Assembly (NCBI GenBank): GCA_038253135.1
Contig: JBBSHJ010000006.1
Coordinates: 1-56,242, forward strand
Length of the DNA: 56,242 bases
DNA from: Mycobacteriales bacterium
GTDB lineage: Bacteria > Actinomycetota > Actinomycetes > Mycobacteriales > QHCD01
Direction: 5' to 3'
Shown here: positions 19,877-29,781 of the stretch, piece after piece
Layout of the letters: the number at the start of each line of letters is the position of its first letter
Numbering within the stretch: the stretch's first letter is position 1
The notes under the pieces: generated by a model
Told to the model about the DNA's origin: nothing
The model's input: only the letters and a program-made list of their open reading frames with translations
Database searches by the model: none
Translations under genes and position numbers: made by a program

Positions 19877-20110
19877 TCAGCCCTCCGTCTCAGTGTCCGA
19901 ATCGATGTGCGGCGTCGCGGGCGGCACGTCGGGGACCGCAAGGGTCTCCAGAAGCGCTTGCACCTCGGAGCGGAGGAAGCGGCGGTGGCCGCCTGGGGTG
20001 CGGATGCTGCGAATGCGGCCGGCAGCCGCCCACCTCGTCACCGTTTTGGGATCGACCCGGAACAGCGCCGCGACCTCGCCAGGCGTCATCAGGCGCTCTT
20101 GCGCGTCCAT
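19877..20110 (-). CDS. bldC: BldC family MerR-like DNA-binding protein
   Basis: LMTPGEVAALFRVDPKTVTRWAAAGRIRSIRTPGGHRRF closely matches the BldC core. Confidence 0.9.
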   Translation of the reverse strand: MDAQERLMTPGEVAALFRVDPKTVTRWAAAGRIRSIRTPGGHRRFLRSEVQALLETLAVPDVPPATPHIDSDTETEG

Positions 20111-20404
20111 CGTCACACTGCCAATCACATAACGTCCTGCGGTCTCGGGCGGACGGGCGCGAACCCGGTCCGGTTCTGAATAGCGATGAGCGGTAGGGCG
20201 TGCCGCGCTCCCCTCCCTAGCGGTGGAGCGCCCTTTCAGAGTGCTTCCGAGTCAAGCATCATTCGGCGCTTCGTGTGGTGCGAATGCGCAGGTTGACGCG
20301 GGTTCGTGTCGAACCCACCGCGGGCGTCGCGAGCGGTCTTCGGGCCGCGTACCGTTGACTTCGTCCCGCTCGAACGATCTCCCCCTGGACTGGAAGCCTG
20401 CCCC

Positions 20405-20650
20405 GTGCGCCCGTTGCTGTTCTACTCGTTCGGCCGGGTCGGGATCTTCGTGATCCTGGCCGCTCTCGGCTACCTCGCCGGGTTGCGTGGACTGCTGCTC
20501 GTCCTCGCCGCGCTAATCATCAGCATCCCGCTGTCCTACCTGCTGTTGCGGCCGCAGCGTGATGCCCTGTCCCGCGTGGTGCAGGAGCGCGTTGATGCCA
20601 AGCGAGCCAGGCACGACGAGGTCAGGGCCGAGCTCTACCGGGACGAGTAG
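20405..20650 (+). CDS. DUF4229-like small membrane protein
   Basis: LFYSFGRVGIF...ALIISIPLSYLLLRPQRD, two TM segments and a charged tail. Confidence 0.8.
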   Translation: MRPLLFYSFGRVGIFVILAALGYLAGLRGLLLVLAALIISIPLSYLLLRPQRDALSRVVQERVDAKRARHDEVRAELYRDE

Positions 20651-20658
20651 GCGAGTAG

Positions 20659-20967
20659 TCAGCGGTCGCGTCGATTCGCTCCGCCCAGCGCAGGCCGGTC
20701 CGCCCGAACGGCCCGGCGCGTTCGCACACCATCGGCAGCCCACCACTCGTCGGCGGGGAAGAGCACGCCGCCGTCCGATCCGGCCGTGATGGTGACCTCG
20801 TCGCCGCGCCGCATCGTCGCGCCGGCCGGCACGCCGACCCATCTGCCGTGCTCGCCCGCGCCGAGGTACTGGCCGCTGTAGTGCCAGTGCATCGCGCCGT
20901 CGTACTTGCGGAAGACCACCCTCACCGGATCGCCGATCGCCGCGCGCGCGTCATCATCGACTCGCAC
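20659..20967 (-). pseudogene. Truncated DUF402-family gene (N-terminal part only)
   Basis: VRVVFRKYDGAMHWHY...LGAGEHGRWVG...LFPADEWWAA, then unrelated Arg-rich sequence; the acidic DLxLD half is missing. Confidence 0.65.
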
Positions 20968-21012
20968 CCTACGGTTAGATTGCAACTGGATTTGTCGGAC
21001 GACGGAGGCCTG

Positions 21013-21735
21013 ATGGAGCCGACTCGCGATCCCATCTCAGCGGCCCTTTCGCACCCGCCCACTCCGCCCGAGCCCCATCCCCACGGGCCCTCTCCCACCG
21101 GCGGGGTGATCGTCGTGCAGGAGCGCTGGCGCGGGCAGTTGTGGTCGGCCGCCCCGCATCGTGTCGTCGAGTGCGCCGATCGGTTGGTGACGTTTCTCGC
21201 GGCCGGGTCGATCACGGTGCATGCGACCAACCGTGGCTTGCCGGTGGCCGCGGGCATGACCCGCAGCGAGCGCAAGCTCGAGGCGCTGCGTACCGGTGTG
21301 CACACGGTCACGGAGCACCGCGAGCCGTGGTCATCGCTGCACTTCTTCACGCCCGGTTGCTGGGCCCGGGTATCGCAGAGCTGGGACGATGCCGGCCACA
21401 TAGTCGGGCACTATGTGAACTTCGAGACGCCGTACGAGGAGGTCGATGACGGGGTGGTCACCATGGACTTGGCGCTCGACGCGCTGGTCCGGGGCCATCG
21501 ATGGGAGTGGAAGGACCTCGATGACCTCGATGCGGCGATCCGGATCGGGATCTTCGAGGCGGGCCTGCGCTCGACGTTGATGGAGTGCGCTGGGGAGGTT
21601 CGTCGATGGGTCGAGAAGAGTGAGGGCCCGTTCGCGCCGGCGTGGAAGCAGTGGCGACCGAACCTGTCGTGGTCCGTCCCCGAGCTGCCGTCGGCCTACC
21701 GCCTCGGCGGTTCGGTCTGGAACCCGACGAACTAG
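21013..21735 (+). CDS. DUF402 (FomD-like) domain protein
   Basis: HYVNFETPY, TMDLALDALV, WEWKDLDDL; SD GGAGG. Confidence 0.82.
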   Translation: MEPTRDPISAALSHPPTPPEPHPHGPSPTGGVIVVQERWRGQLWSAAPHRVVECADRLVTFLAAGSITVHATNRGLPVAAGMTRSERKLEALRTGVHTVTEHREPWSSLHFFTPGCWARVSQSWDDAGHIVGHYVNFETPYEEVDDGVVTMDLALDALVRGHRWEWKDLDDLDAAIRIGIFEAGLRSTLMECAGEVRRWVEKSEGPFAPAWKQWRPNLSWSVPELPSAYRLGGSVWNPTN

Positions 21736-21793
21736 TCGCCTCGGCACTGGGGTGGATGACGGTAGCTGGGACGACCACGATGCGCCCCGAAGG

Positions 21794-23536
21794 TCAATCG
21801 GCGGCAATCTCGGCCGCTGCGGATTCGAGGGGTACGTCGTGGCGCTCACCGGTACGCCGGTCGCGCACCTCGACGACGCCGGTCGCGAGGCCGCGGCCGA
21901 CGATGACGATGGTGGGAACGCCGAGCAGTTCGGCGTCAGCGAACTTCACGCCCGGCGAGACGCCGGTGCGGTCGTCGTACATGACCCGTAGGCCGCGCGC
22001 CTCCAGCTCTCCCGCGAGCTCGCTCGCCCGCTCGAACACTGCCAGGTCCTTGCCGGTCGCGACGATGTGCACATCCGCCGGCGCGACCGCCCGCGGCCAG
22101 CAGAGGCCAGCGTCGTCGTGGCTCTGCTCGGCGATGGCCGCGACCGCGCGGGTGATGCCGATGCCGTAGGAGCCCATGGTGATGGTCACCGGCTTGCCGT
22201 CACGATCGAGCGCCTGCAGCCCGAAGGCGTCCGCGAACTTGCGGCCGAGCTGGAAGACGTGCCCCATCTCGATCCCCCTGGCGACCTCGAGGTCCCCGCC
22301 GCAGCGGGGGCAGCGGTCGCCGGTGCGGATCTCGACCGCGCCGAGCTCGCCGTCGGGTGCGAAGTCGCGGCCGCGCACGACGAAGGCCGCGTGCCGGCCA
22401 TCGGTGTTGGCCCCGGTCACCCAGGCGCTGCCCTCGACAACCAGCGGATCGACGACGTACCGCACCTTCGCCTGAGCCAGGTGCTGCGGACCGATGTAGC
22501 CCTTGACCAGCGCGGGTGCGGTCGCCAGGTCCGCCAGGGTCGCCTGCTCGGCCACGACCGGTTCGAGCTGCCCGTTGATCCGCTTGAGGTCGACCTCACG
22601 GTCGCCGGGGACGCCGACGACCAGCAGCTCGCGCTCGTCGGTGCCAGGGGTGTGGGTCGCGAGCACGACGTTCTTGAGCGTGTCGGCGGCGGTGTACGGC
22701 GCGTCGCGCAGGCCGAGCCCGTTGAGCCGGTCGACGAGGGCGGTAATGGTCGGTGTGTCCGGGGTGTCGAGCTCCCGCTCGTCCGGATGGCTCGCGGGGT
22801 CCCGCCGCTGCGGGGTCGCGATCGTCGCTGCCTCGGTGTTCGCTGCGTAGTCGCAGTTCCGGCACTGCACGAAGGTGTCCTCGCCCGATGCCGCCGGCGC
22901 GAGAAACTCCTCGGACGCCGACCCGCCCATGGCCCCCGAGACGGCGAAGACGACCTTGTAGGACAGCCCCATGCGGGCGAAGATCCGCTCGTAGGCGTCG
23001 CGGTGCGCCCGGTACGACCGGTCCAGCCCGGCGTCGTCGAGGTCGAAGGAATAGGAGTCCTTCATGATGAACTCGCGGGCGCGCAGGATGCCGGCGCGTG
23101 GGCGGGCCTCGTCCCGGTATTTCGTCTGGATCTGGAACAGTGCGAGCGGATAGTCCTTGTACGACGAGTACTCGCCCTTGACGAGCAGGGTGAAGAGCTC
23201 TTCGTGCGTCGGGGCGAGCAGGTAGTCGGCGTTCCTGCGGTCATGGAGCTTGAAGAGGATGTCGTAGTAGTCCTGGTAGCGCCCGCTGCCCTCGAAGGTC
23301 TCCCGCGGGATCAGCGCCGGGAAGTGCACCTCCTGTGACCCGATGGCCGCCATCTCCTCGCGGACGATCCGCTCGATGTTGGCCAGCACGGCGATGCCCA
23401 GCGGCAGCCACGAATAGATACCGGGCGCGACCCGGCGCACGTAACCGGCCCGGATCAGGAGCCGGTGGCTCGGCACCTCGGCGTCGGCGGGATCGTCGCG
23501 GAGGGTGCGAAGGAACAGGGTGGACAGTCGGTGCAC
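21794..23536 (-). CDS. proS: Proline--tRNA ligase with insertion editing domain
   Basis: [73 protein letters not shown]-6 nt-GTG suggests a leaderless mRNA. Confidence 0.97.
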   Translation of the reverse strand: MHRLSTLFLRTLRDDPADAEVPSHRLLIRAGYVRRVAPGIYSWLPLGIAVLANIERIVREEMAAIGSQEVHFPALIPRETFEGSGRYQDYYDILFKLHDRRNADYLLAPTHEELFTLLVKGEYSSYKDYPLALFQIQTKYRDEARPRAGILRAREFIMKDSYSFDLDDAGLDRSYRAHRDAYERIFARMGLSYKVVFAVSGAMGGSASEEFLAPAASGEDTFVQCRNCDYAANTEAATIATPQRRDPASHPDERELDTPDTPTITALVDRLNGLGLRDAPYTAADTLKNVVLATHTPGTDERELLVVGVPGDREVDLKRINGQLEPVVAEQATLADLATAPALVKGYIGPQHLAQAKVRYVVDPLVVEGSAWVTGANTDGRHAAFVVRGRDFAPDGELGAVEIRTGDRCPRCGGDLEVARGIEMGHVFQLGRKFADAFGLQALDRDGKPVTITMGSYGIGITRAVAAIAEQSHDDAGLCWPRAVAPADVHIVATGKDLAVFERASELAGELEARGLRVMYDDRTGVSPGVKFADAELLGVPTIVIVGRGLATGVVEVRDRRTGERHDVPLESAAAEIAAD

Positions 23537-23683
23537 CTAGCCAGGCTAACGTCGTGTCAGCGCGGGAGCACCACCCGGCCTTACCGCCAGAGTCGCACCT
23601 GGCCGCGCTCAGAACACGGCAATTTCGGGCGGCCTCGGGCCACGGCGAACCGGCCGCGAGACGTCTGCAAACGGGGAGCACCA

Positions 23684-24490
23684 ATGGGTTGGCCAAAGAT
23701 GATCTGGATCGGCGGGACGCAGGGCGCGGGCAAGTCGACGATCGCGCGGATGCTCGCCCACGAGCACGACCTGCCGCTGCACCGCATCGACAGCTTCAGC
23801 TACGCCCACGCCGAGCGGCTGCCGGCGGTCGAGCCGTTCGATGTGACACTGCGTCGCGGCGCGGGGCCCGCCGCCGACGCCTGGGACGCACACTGCAGGC
23901 ACCGGTTGCCGCTGATCCTTGACGATGTCGCAGGCCGGGGCCTGGGGGACGTGCCGGCAATCGTCGAGGGACCGCAGTTGACGCCCGTCCTTGCCGACTC
24001 GCTCCGCCTGCCCGCGGGCTCGGCGGTGTGGATGCTCACCACCGCGGCACGGACCCGTCGGGTGCGTGAGCAGCGGCTGGCATCGCTGGCGGAACCGGCC
24101 GCGCGGAGCCGGCTCGTCGGCTGGCCGAGCGCGAGGCGGTCGTGGGCCGGCGACTCCGCGCCGCACTGGCTGCGACCGGCCGGCCGGGGTACGCCGTAGC
24201 CGATGAGCCACGTCGTCGCGGCCGCGGCTGCCGCGCTCTCGGGAGCGCTCGACGCAGCGCCGCGGCTGACTCCCGGCGCAGACCTGCGGGCTCAGCGCCG
24301 CTCCGAGAACCGCGCGGCCGCGTCTCAGCTGCGCTCGCACCTGAGCGCGATCGGGAGCGATGACGCGCCCCGCTTCCCGTTCGCGTGCGAGTGCGGGCGC
24401 TCCGGCTGCGGGCTCGTGTGGGAGGGCACGTGGGACGAGTACGACGCGGCCAGCGAATCGGAGGCGGTGCGGGCGAAGGAGCACGCCTGA
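23684..24490 (+). pseudogene. Frameshifted P-loop kinase-like gene with C-terminal CECxxxxC motif
   Basis: WIGGTQGAGKST and IVEGPQL in frame 1; plausible coding continues in frame 2 from about 24120 (LAEREAVVGRRLRAAL) and in frame 3 from about 24205 (FACECGRSGC). Confidence 0.6.
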
Positions 24491-24615
24491 CGGCTGGGGG
24501 CAAAGCCAACCGGGTAGGTCGAGCCGGTTCGGTCGGTGCCGAGCGGCACTGCTCTGCCGGGCGGGGCAGTGCCGCAGGGCAGCAACACCGCCGCATGGCA
24601 GCGCCGCCGCGAGCG

Positions 24616-25767
24616 CTAGCCGGCCTCACGCAGCAGGCGTCGTACCGCCTCCCGATCCGGCTTGCCCGACGCCAGCAACGGAAGGGCCGCCACGGCGCGG
24701 ACCCGCCGCGGCGCGAAGGCGCGCCCGAGCCGAGCAGTCATCTCGGCCCGGACCTCACGCAGCGTGAGCTCACGGTCGGCGACCACGAGCGCGCCCACTG
24801 CCTGCCCGAATTCCTCCTCCGGCACACCCAGCACGCACGCGTCGTGCACGCCGGGCAGCTCGAGCAGCGCGCGCTCGACGAGGACCGGCGCGATTTTCTC
24901 ACCGCCGGTGATGATCATGTCGTCGGCCCGCCCGAGCACGGTCAACCGGCCGTCTGGATCGAGGGTGCCGAGATCGCTCGTCAGCAACCAGCCGTGCCGA
25001 AACGCCGCCGCCGTGCCGCCCTCATCACCCAGATAACCCGAGGCCAGCACCGGCCCGCCGAGCTCGATCACGCCGTCCGCATCGAGGCGCACCCGTACGC
25101 CGTCCAGGCCGCGGCCGTCGTACACGCAGCCGCCGCACGTCTCGCTCATCCCGTACGTCGTCAGCACCCGCACCCCGCCCGCGGCGGCGCGATCCAGCAG
25201 GCCGGGCCCGGCCGCGGCCCCGCCGACCAGCACCCCGGCGAAATCCCGCAACGCGGCCAGCGCCGGCCCGCCCGGCTCGAGCAGCCGGCGCAACTGGGTC
25301 GGCACCAGCGAGACATAGCGCCGGGAGCCGGGCGTGAGCCCCGCGCACCCGGCCAGGAACGACGCGGCTGTGAACGAACCGGCGACCGGCTCGACGCGTT
25401 CCGCGGTGAGCGCCGCACGGACGACCACCTGCAGGCCGGCGACGTGATGTGGCGGCAGGGCGAGCAGCCACTCACCCGGACCGCCGAGGGCGTCGATCGT
25501 GGCGTTCGCCGAGGCGCGCAGCGCACCCGCTCCGATCTCGACTCCCTTCACGGCGCCGGTCGATCCGGAGGTGGCGATGACCACAGCGGTCCCGGGCCGC
25601 GCCGCCCGGCCGGCGAGCGGTCGCAATGACCGCGCCGCCGCCTCGTCCGCGGGCAGCGGCAGCAGCGGGCGGCCCTCGTCGAGAGCCCGGGTCAGCGCGC
25701 CACGGAGCGCGTCGATCGAGGGTGCGTCAACGCCCACCCCGATGCTCGCCAATGCTCGATCCGGCAC
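24616..25767 (-). CDS. menE: o-succinylbenzoate--CoA ligase (short actinobacterial form)
   Basis: ATSGSTGAVKG, TYGMSETCGGCVYDG, LGRADDMIITGGEK, SGKPDR; divergent from menC. Confidence 0.9.
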   Translation of the reverse strand: MPDRALASIGVGVDAPSIDALRGALTRALDEGRPLLPLPADEAAARSLRPLAGRAARPGTAVVIATSGSTGAVKGVEIGAGALRASANATIDALGGPGEWLLALPPHHVAGLQVVVRAALTAERVEPVAGSFTAASFLAGCAGLTPGSRRYVSLVPTQLRRLLEPGGPALAALRDFAGVLVGGAAAGPGLLDRAAAGGVRVLTTYGMSETCGGCVYDGRGLDGVRVRLDADGVIELGGPVLASGYLGDEGGTAAAFRHGWLLTSDLGTLDPDGRLTVLGRADDMIITGGEKIAPVLVERALLELPGVHDACVLGVPEEEFGQAVGALVVADRELTLREVRAEMTARLGRAFAPRRVRAVAALPLLASGKPDREAVRRLLREAG

Positions 25768-25888
25768 CGGCTTAGGCTAACCAGTGGGCCGCACCCGTCG
25801 CGGCGGCCGCCCGCCGGGCCACTGTGGCCGCCCGCCGAGCCACTGGTGAGCCGCGGGCTCGACCGGCCACGCCGGAGGTGCGCCGACG

Positions 25889-26884
25889 ATGATCGCCGAC
25901 TGGGTGCGCTCCGCCGAGGTGCACGTGGTGGCCATTCCGATGCGGCTGCCCTTTCGCGGTATCACCGTCCGCGAGGCCGTGCTCGTGTCCGGCCCGGCCG
26001 GCTGGGGCGAGTTCGCGCCGTTCATCGAGTACGACATCGCCGAAGCGTCCACGTGGCTGGCCGCTGCCCATGCATCGGCGCACGAGCGGTGGCCCGAGCC
26101 GCGGCGCGACGCCGTGCCCTGCAACGTCACCGTCCCCGCGGCCTCGCCGGAGACCGCCGCACGGATCGTCCGGGACGCGGCGGGTACGACGGTCAAGGTC
26201 AAGGTGGCCGAGGTGGGGCAGGATCTCGGCGCTGACGAGACCCGGGTCGCCGCCGTCCGGGAGGCGCTGGATGCCACCGGCCGCCGCGACGCCCACATTC
26301 GCGTCGATGCCAACGCCGGCTGGTCGGTCCCGGCCGCGGTCGCGGCGATCGCCGTGCTGGACCGGGCCGCGCGGGGGCTGGAGTACGCCGAGCAGCCGTG
26401 CGCCAGCGTCGAGGAACTCGCCGCCCTGCGCCGGACCGTCGACGTACCGATCGCGGCGGACGAGTCGATCCGCCGCGCCGAGGACCCGCTGCGGGTCGTC
26501 GCGGCCGAGGCCGCCGACGTGATCGTGGTCAAGGTCGCGCCCCTGGGCGGCGTGCGCCGGGCCGCCGAGATCGTCGCTGCGTGCGGGCTGCCGGCCGTGG
26601 TGTCGTCGGCCGTGGACACAGCGGTCGGGCTGGCGGCCGGGGTGGCGCTGGCAGCGGCGCTGGACGAGCTGCCCTACGCGTGCGGACTCGGCACCGGCCG
26701 GCTGCTCGAGTCCGACATCGCCGAGCCGCCGCTGCTGCCCGACGCGGGCGCGTGCCTGCCGGTCCGCCGCGTCGCGCCCGATCCCGACCTGCTCGCCGTG
26801 CACGCCGCGTCCCCGGAGCGCCGGGCGTGGTGGCTGGCCCGCGTCGTCGCCTGTGCCGACTACCTCGACGGGGCATCCGGGTGA
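25889..26884 (+). CDS. menC: o-succinylbenzoate synthase
   Basis: PFRGITVRE, GWGEFAPFIEY, KVKVAE, RVDANAGW, YAEQPC, AADESIRRAEDP. Confidence 0.94.
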   Translation: MIADWVRSAEVHVVAIPMRLPFRGITVREAVLVSGPAGWGEFAPFIEYDIAEASTWLAAAHASAHERWPEPRRDAVPCNVTVPAASPETAARIVRDAAGTTVKVKVAEVGQDLGADETRVAAVREALDATGRRDAHIRVDANAGWSVPAAVAAIAVLDRAARGLEYAEQPCASVEELAALRRTVDVPIAADESIRRAEDPLRVVAAEAADVIVVKVAPLGGVRRAAEIVAACGLPAVVSSAVDTAVGLAAGVALAAALDELPYACGLGTGRLLESDIAEPPLLPDAGACLPVRRVAPDPDLLAVHAASPERRAWWLARVVACADYLDGASG

Positions 26885-28518
26885 ACCCATCGACCGCCTG
26901 TGCCTTGGTCATCGTCGATGAGTTGGCCCGCTGCGGCATCCGCGAGGCCGTCCTCGCGCCCGGCTCGCGCAGCGCACCCCTCGCGCTGGCGCTGCACGAC
27001 GCCGATGCCGACGGCCGGATCCGGCTGCACGTGCGGATCGACGAGCGGTCGGCCGGATTCCTCGCCATCGGCCTCGCCCGTGGATCCGGATCACCAGTGC
27101 CGGTGGTCTGCACGTCCGGGACGGCCGTCGCCAACCTGCACCCGGCGGTGCTCGAGGCGGCCCACGACGGGGTACCGCTGATCCCGCTCACCGCGGACCG
27201 GCCAAGTGAAGCCCGCGGGACCGACGCCAACCAGATGATCGACCAGCGCGGCATCTTCGGACCTGACGTGTGGTCGCTCGACCTGGCCGGCCCGACGTCC
27301 GGCCCCGATCAGGTGCACTACTGGCGATCCTCGATCCGGGCGGCCTGCGCGGTCGCACTGCCGGCCGGCCGGCGGCCGGCTCCCGCGCATGTCAATGTCC
27401 CCTTCCGCGAGCCGTTGCTGCCCGACGGCGACGAGTCCTTCGCCGAACCCCTCGACCGCGACGCCGCCGATCTCCTCCGGCCGGCCGACCCGCCGGCGGA
27501 GCCGCCGATCCGACTCGGTGCGCGGCCGCTTCTGATCGCCGCGGTCGGTACGACGCTCCCGGACTGGGCGCGGTCCGGGACCGTCCCCGTCGTGTCCGAG
27601 ACCGCCGGAGCCGGGCACCCCGATACGGTCCTCACCGCCGGCAACTGGCTGCTGGCCGATCCGGCCTTCATGGCCGGGCACCGCCCGGACCAGGTGATCT
27701 GCATCGGCCGCAACACGCTCTTCCGCGGTGTCCGCGCGCTGGTCACCGATCCGCAGATCCGGCTCGATCTGGTCGCCGACGCCGGTACGCCGGCCCCCGA
27801 CCGGGAGTTGACGCGGCACCGGCCAGGCGGCACCGCCTCCGGCGCCCCGAATGCGGCGTGGACCCGGTCCTGGCGCGCCGCCGACGCCGCGGCCGTATCC
27901 GCGCTCCTGGCCGAGCTCGACCGAGTGCCGGACGGGCTGCGGCTGGCCCACGACCTGGTCGCGGCCGTCCCGGCGGGCGCGATCCTCGTGGCCGGGTCGT
28001 CCCAGCCGATCCGCGACCTCGGCCTGGCGGCACCGACCCGGCCGGACGTGAGCGTCATCGCCAACCGTGGGGTCGCTGGTATCGATGGCATCGTCTCGAC
28101 CGCCGTCGGTGTCGCGCTCGCAGCGGCCCGGCTGGACCCGGCGCGGCCCACCCTCGCCTTGCTCGGCGATCTGACCTTCGTGCACGACCACAACGGCCTG
28201 ATCCTCGGACCGGACGAGCCCCGACCGGACCTGACGCTCGTGGTCGCCAACAATGACGGTGGCGCGATCTTTTCCCTGCTGGAGCAAGGCGGGGCGCCGT
28301 TCGCGCCGAGCTTCGAGCGCGTTTTCGGTACGCCGCACAACACCGACCTGCGGCACCTGTGCGCGGCGACCGGCACGGCGTACGACGACCGCGACGGACC
28401 GCTCGGCACGGTGCCGTCGCGGTCGGGAATCTCGGTGATCGACGTGCGGATCGACCGGGCGGATATTCGTGCGCGGTACCAGCGAGTCGCCCGTGCCATC
28501 CGGCTTTCGCTCGCCTAG
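26881..28518 (+). CDS. menD: SEPHCHC synthase
   Basis: MNPSTA, PGSRSAPLA, IDERSAGF, TSGTAVANL, ANRGVAGIDG, GDLTFVHD, NNDGGAIF. Confidence 0.96.
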   Translation: MNPSTACALVIVDELARCGIREAVLAPGSRSAPLALALHDADADGRIRLHVRIDERSAGFLAIGLARGSGSPVPVVCTSGTAVANLHPAVLEAAHDGVPLIPLTADRPSEARGTDANQMIDQRGIFGPDVWSLDLAGPTSGPDQVHYWRSSIRAACAVALPAGRRPAPAHVNVPFREPLLPDGDESFAEPLDRDAADLLRPADPPAEPPIRLGARPLLIAAVGTTLPDWARSGTVPVVSETAGAGHPDTVLTAGNWLLADPAFMAGHRPDQVICIGRNTLFRGVRALVTDPQIRLDLVADAGTPAPDRELTRHRPGGTASGAPNAAWTRSWRAADAAAVSALLAELDRVPDGLRLAHDLVAAVPAGAILVAGSSQPIRDLGLAAPTRPDVSVIANRGVAGIDGIVSTAVGVALAAARLDPARPTLALLGDLTFVHDHNGLILGPDEPRPDLTLVVANNDGGAIFSLLEQGGAPFAPSFERVFGTPHNTDLRHLCAATGTAYDDRDGPLGTVPSRSGISVIDVRIDRADIRARYQRVARAIRLSLA

Positions 28519-28553
28519 ACGACGGCTAGACCCGGGCCCCGAAGCCGCAGAAG

Positions 28554-28823
28554 TCAGCGGCGGATCGACGGGCGACCGCTGTATTTCTGCCAGATGAGAA
28601 GAACGATGATGGCGCCGATCACCGAGCCGATGATTCCGGCTGGCTGCAGGGCGCCATGCCGGTGGAATATCAGATACCCGATGAATCCTCCGACGAACGA
28701 GCCGATGATTCCGATGACGATCGTCATCGGGACCGACATCTCCTGCCGGCCTGGAACGAGAAGCCGGGCCAGTGCTCCGGCGATGAGACCGATGATGATG
28801 AGGCTGATGATGAGACCGAGCAT
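28554..28823 (-). CDS. GlsB/YeaQ/YmgE family (transglycosylase-associated) membrane protein
   Basis: GLIAGALARLLVPG, TIVIGIIGSFVGG, IIGSVIGAIIVL; SD AGGAGGA. Confidence 0.9.
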   Translation of the reverse strand: MLGLIISLIIIGLIAGALARLLVPGRQEMSVPMTIVIGIIGSFVGGFIGYLIFHRHGALQPAGIIGSVIGAIIVLLIWQKYSGRPSIRR

Positions 28824-28977
28824 GGTTCTCCTCCTGATACCGGCGGCGGTGCGCAGGTAGCACACCCCGACTCCGGTCGGTTCGAGCGCCACTGACGCCA
28901 CCAGTGTAAGCCACCCGTGTCTACGCTGTAGATCACCGCGCCTGGGCGCGAGTGGGCCGACACTCCGCCGAGAATCC

Positions 28978-29661
28978 TCAGGCCACTCTGGCGGCAACCC
29001 GATCCAGGAGGTCGACCAGCGCGTCCTCGAACTCCCGGTCGTAGTGGTCCTCGGCCAGCCGATGCGCGAGCCGATGCACCGTCGGGAAACTCGCGCGGTC
29101 GATGTCGGCGGCCGGGTCGACGGGGTCGGCGTCCGGCTCGGCCTCGCCGGACAGCGCGGTCATGGCGCTGGTCTCGAGCAGCAGGAAGCCGAGCAGGAAG
29201 CTGTTGAACGACCGGTAGGTGTAGACGATCTGCTCCGCGTCGAAGCCCTCGGCGGCCAGCGAGGACAGCAACGACTCGATCCAGCGCAGCGATCGCAGCG
29301 GCGGGGTGATCCACGCCGCGCCGGCCGGGCTGGTCGCCACCAGCGGGAACGCCCGCGGGTGCGCCCGCGCGTACCGGCGGACGCCGCGCGCCAGCCGGGC
29401 GAGGTAATCGCGCCAGCCGTCCTCCGGCACGGCCAGCACCTCGGGGTCGGTCGCCAGCTCATCGACGATGCGATCCACCACGAGATCGAGCAGCGCGCCG
29501 CGGTTCTGCACGTGCCGGTAGAGCGCCATCGGGTCGACGTCGAGGCTGCTGGCGACGGACCGCATGCTGGCGTAGGCGATGCCCTTCTCGTCGATCAGGT
29601 CGAGCGCCGTGCGGACGATGGTCGAGACGGACAGGCCCCTGGAACCGTTGTCCCGACTCAT
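28978..29661 (-). CDS. TetR family regulator with TetR_C domain
   Basis: IVRTALDLIDEKG...SMRSVASSLDVDPMALYRHV helix-turn-helix; SD AGGAGG. Confidence 0.92.
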   Translation of the reverse strand: MSRDNGSRGLSVSTIVRTALDLIDEKGIAYASMRSVASSLDVDPMALYRHVQNRGALLDLVVDRIVDELATDPEVLAVPEDGWRDYLARLARGVRRYARAHPRAFPLVATSPAGAAWITPPLRSLRWIESLLSSLAAEGFDAEQIVYTYRSFNSFLLGFLLLETSAMTALSGEAEPDADPVDPAADIDRASFPTVHRLAHRLAEDHYDREFEDALVDLLDRVAARVA

Positions 29662-29706
29662 CGGTCCTCCTTCCGGGCGGGCCGCGACGAGACGTGGTGG
29701 CGGCGA

Positions 29707-29781
29707 CCCAATGCCGATTCACCCAATGCCGATTCACCCAATGCCGATTCACCCAATGCCGCTTCACCCGGTGCCGATTCA
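29707..29781. repeat. 15-bp tandem repeat x5 between menF and tetR
   Basis: CCCAATGCCGATTCA x3 exact plus 2 variants; the last unit contains the menF stop. Confidence 0.95.

Noticed and set aside
23537-23683. T-box leader for proS
   Set aside because: No T-box consensus seen; proS appears leaderless.
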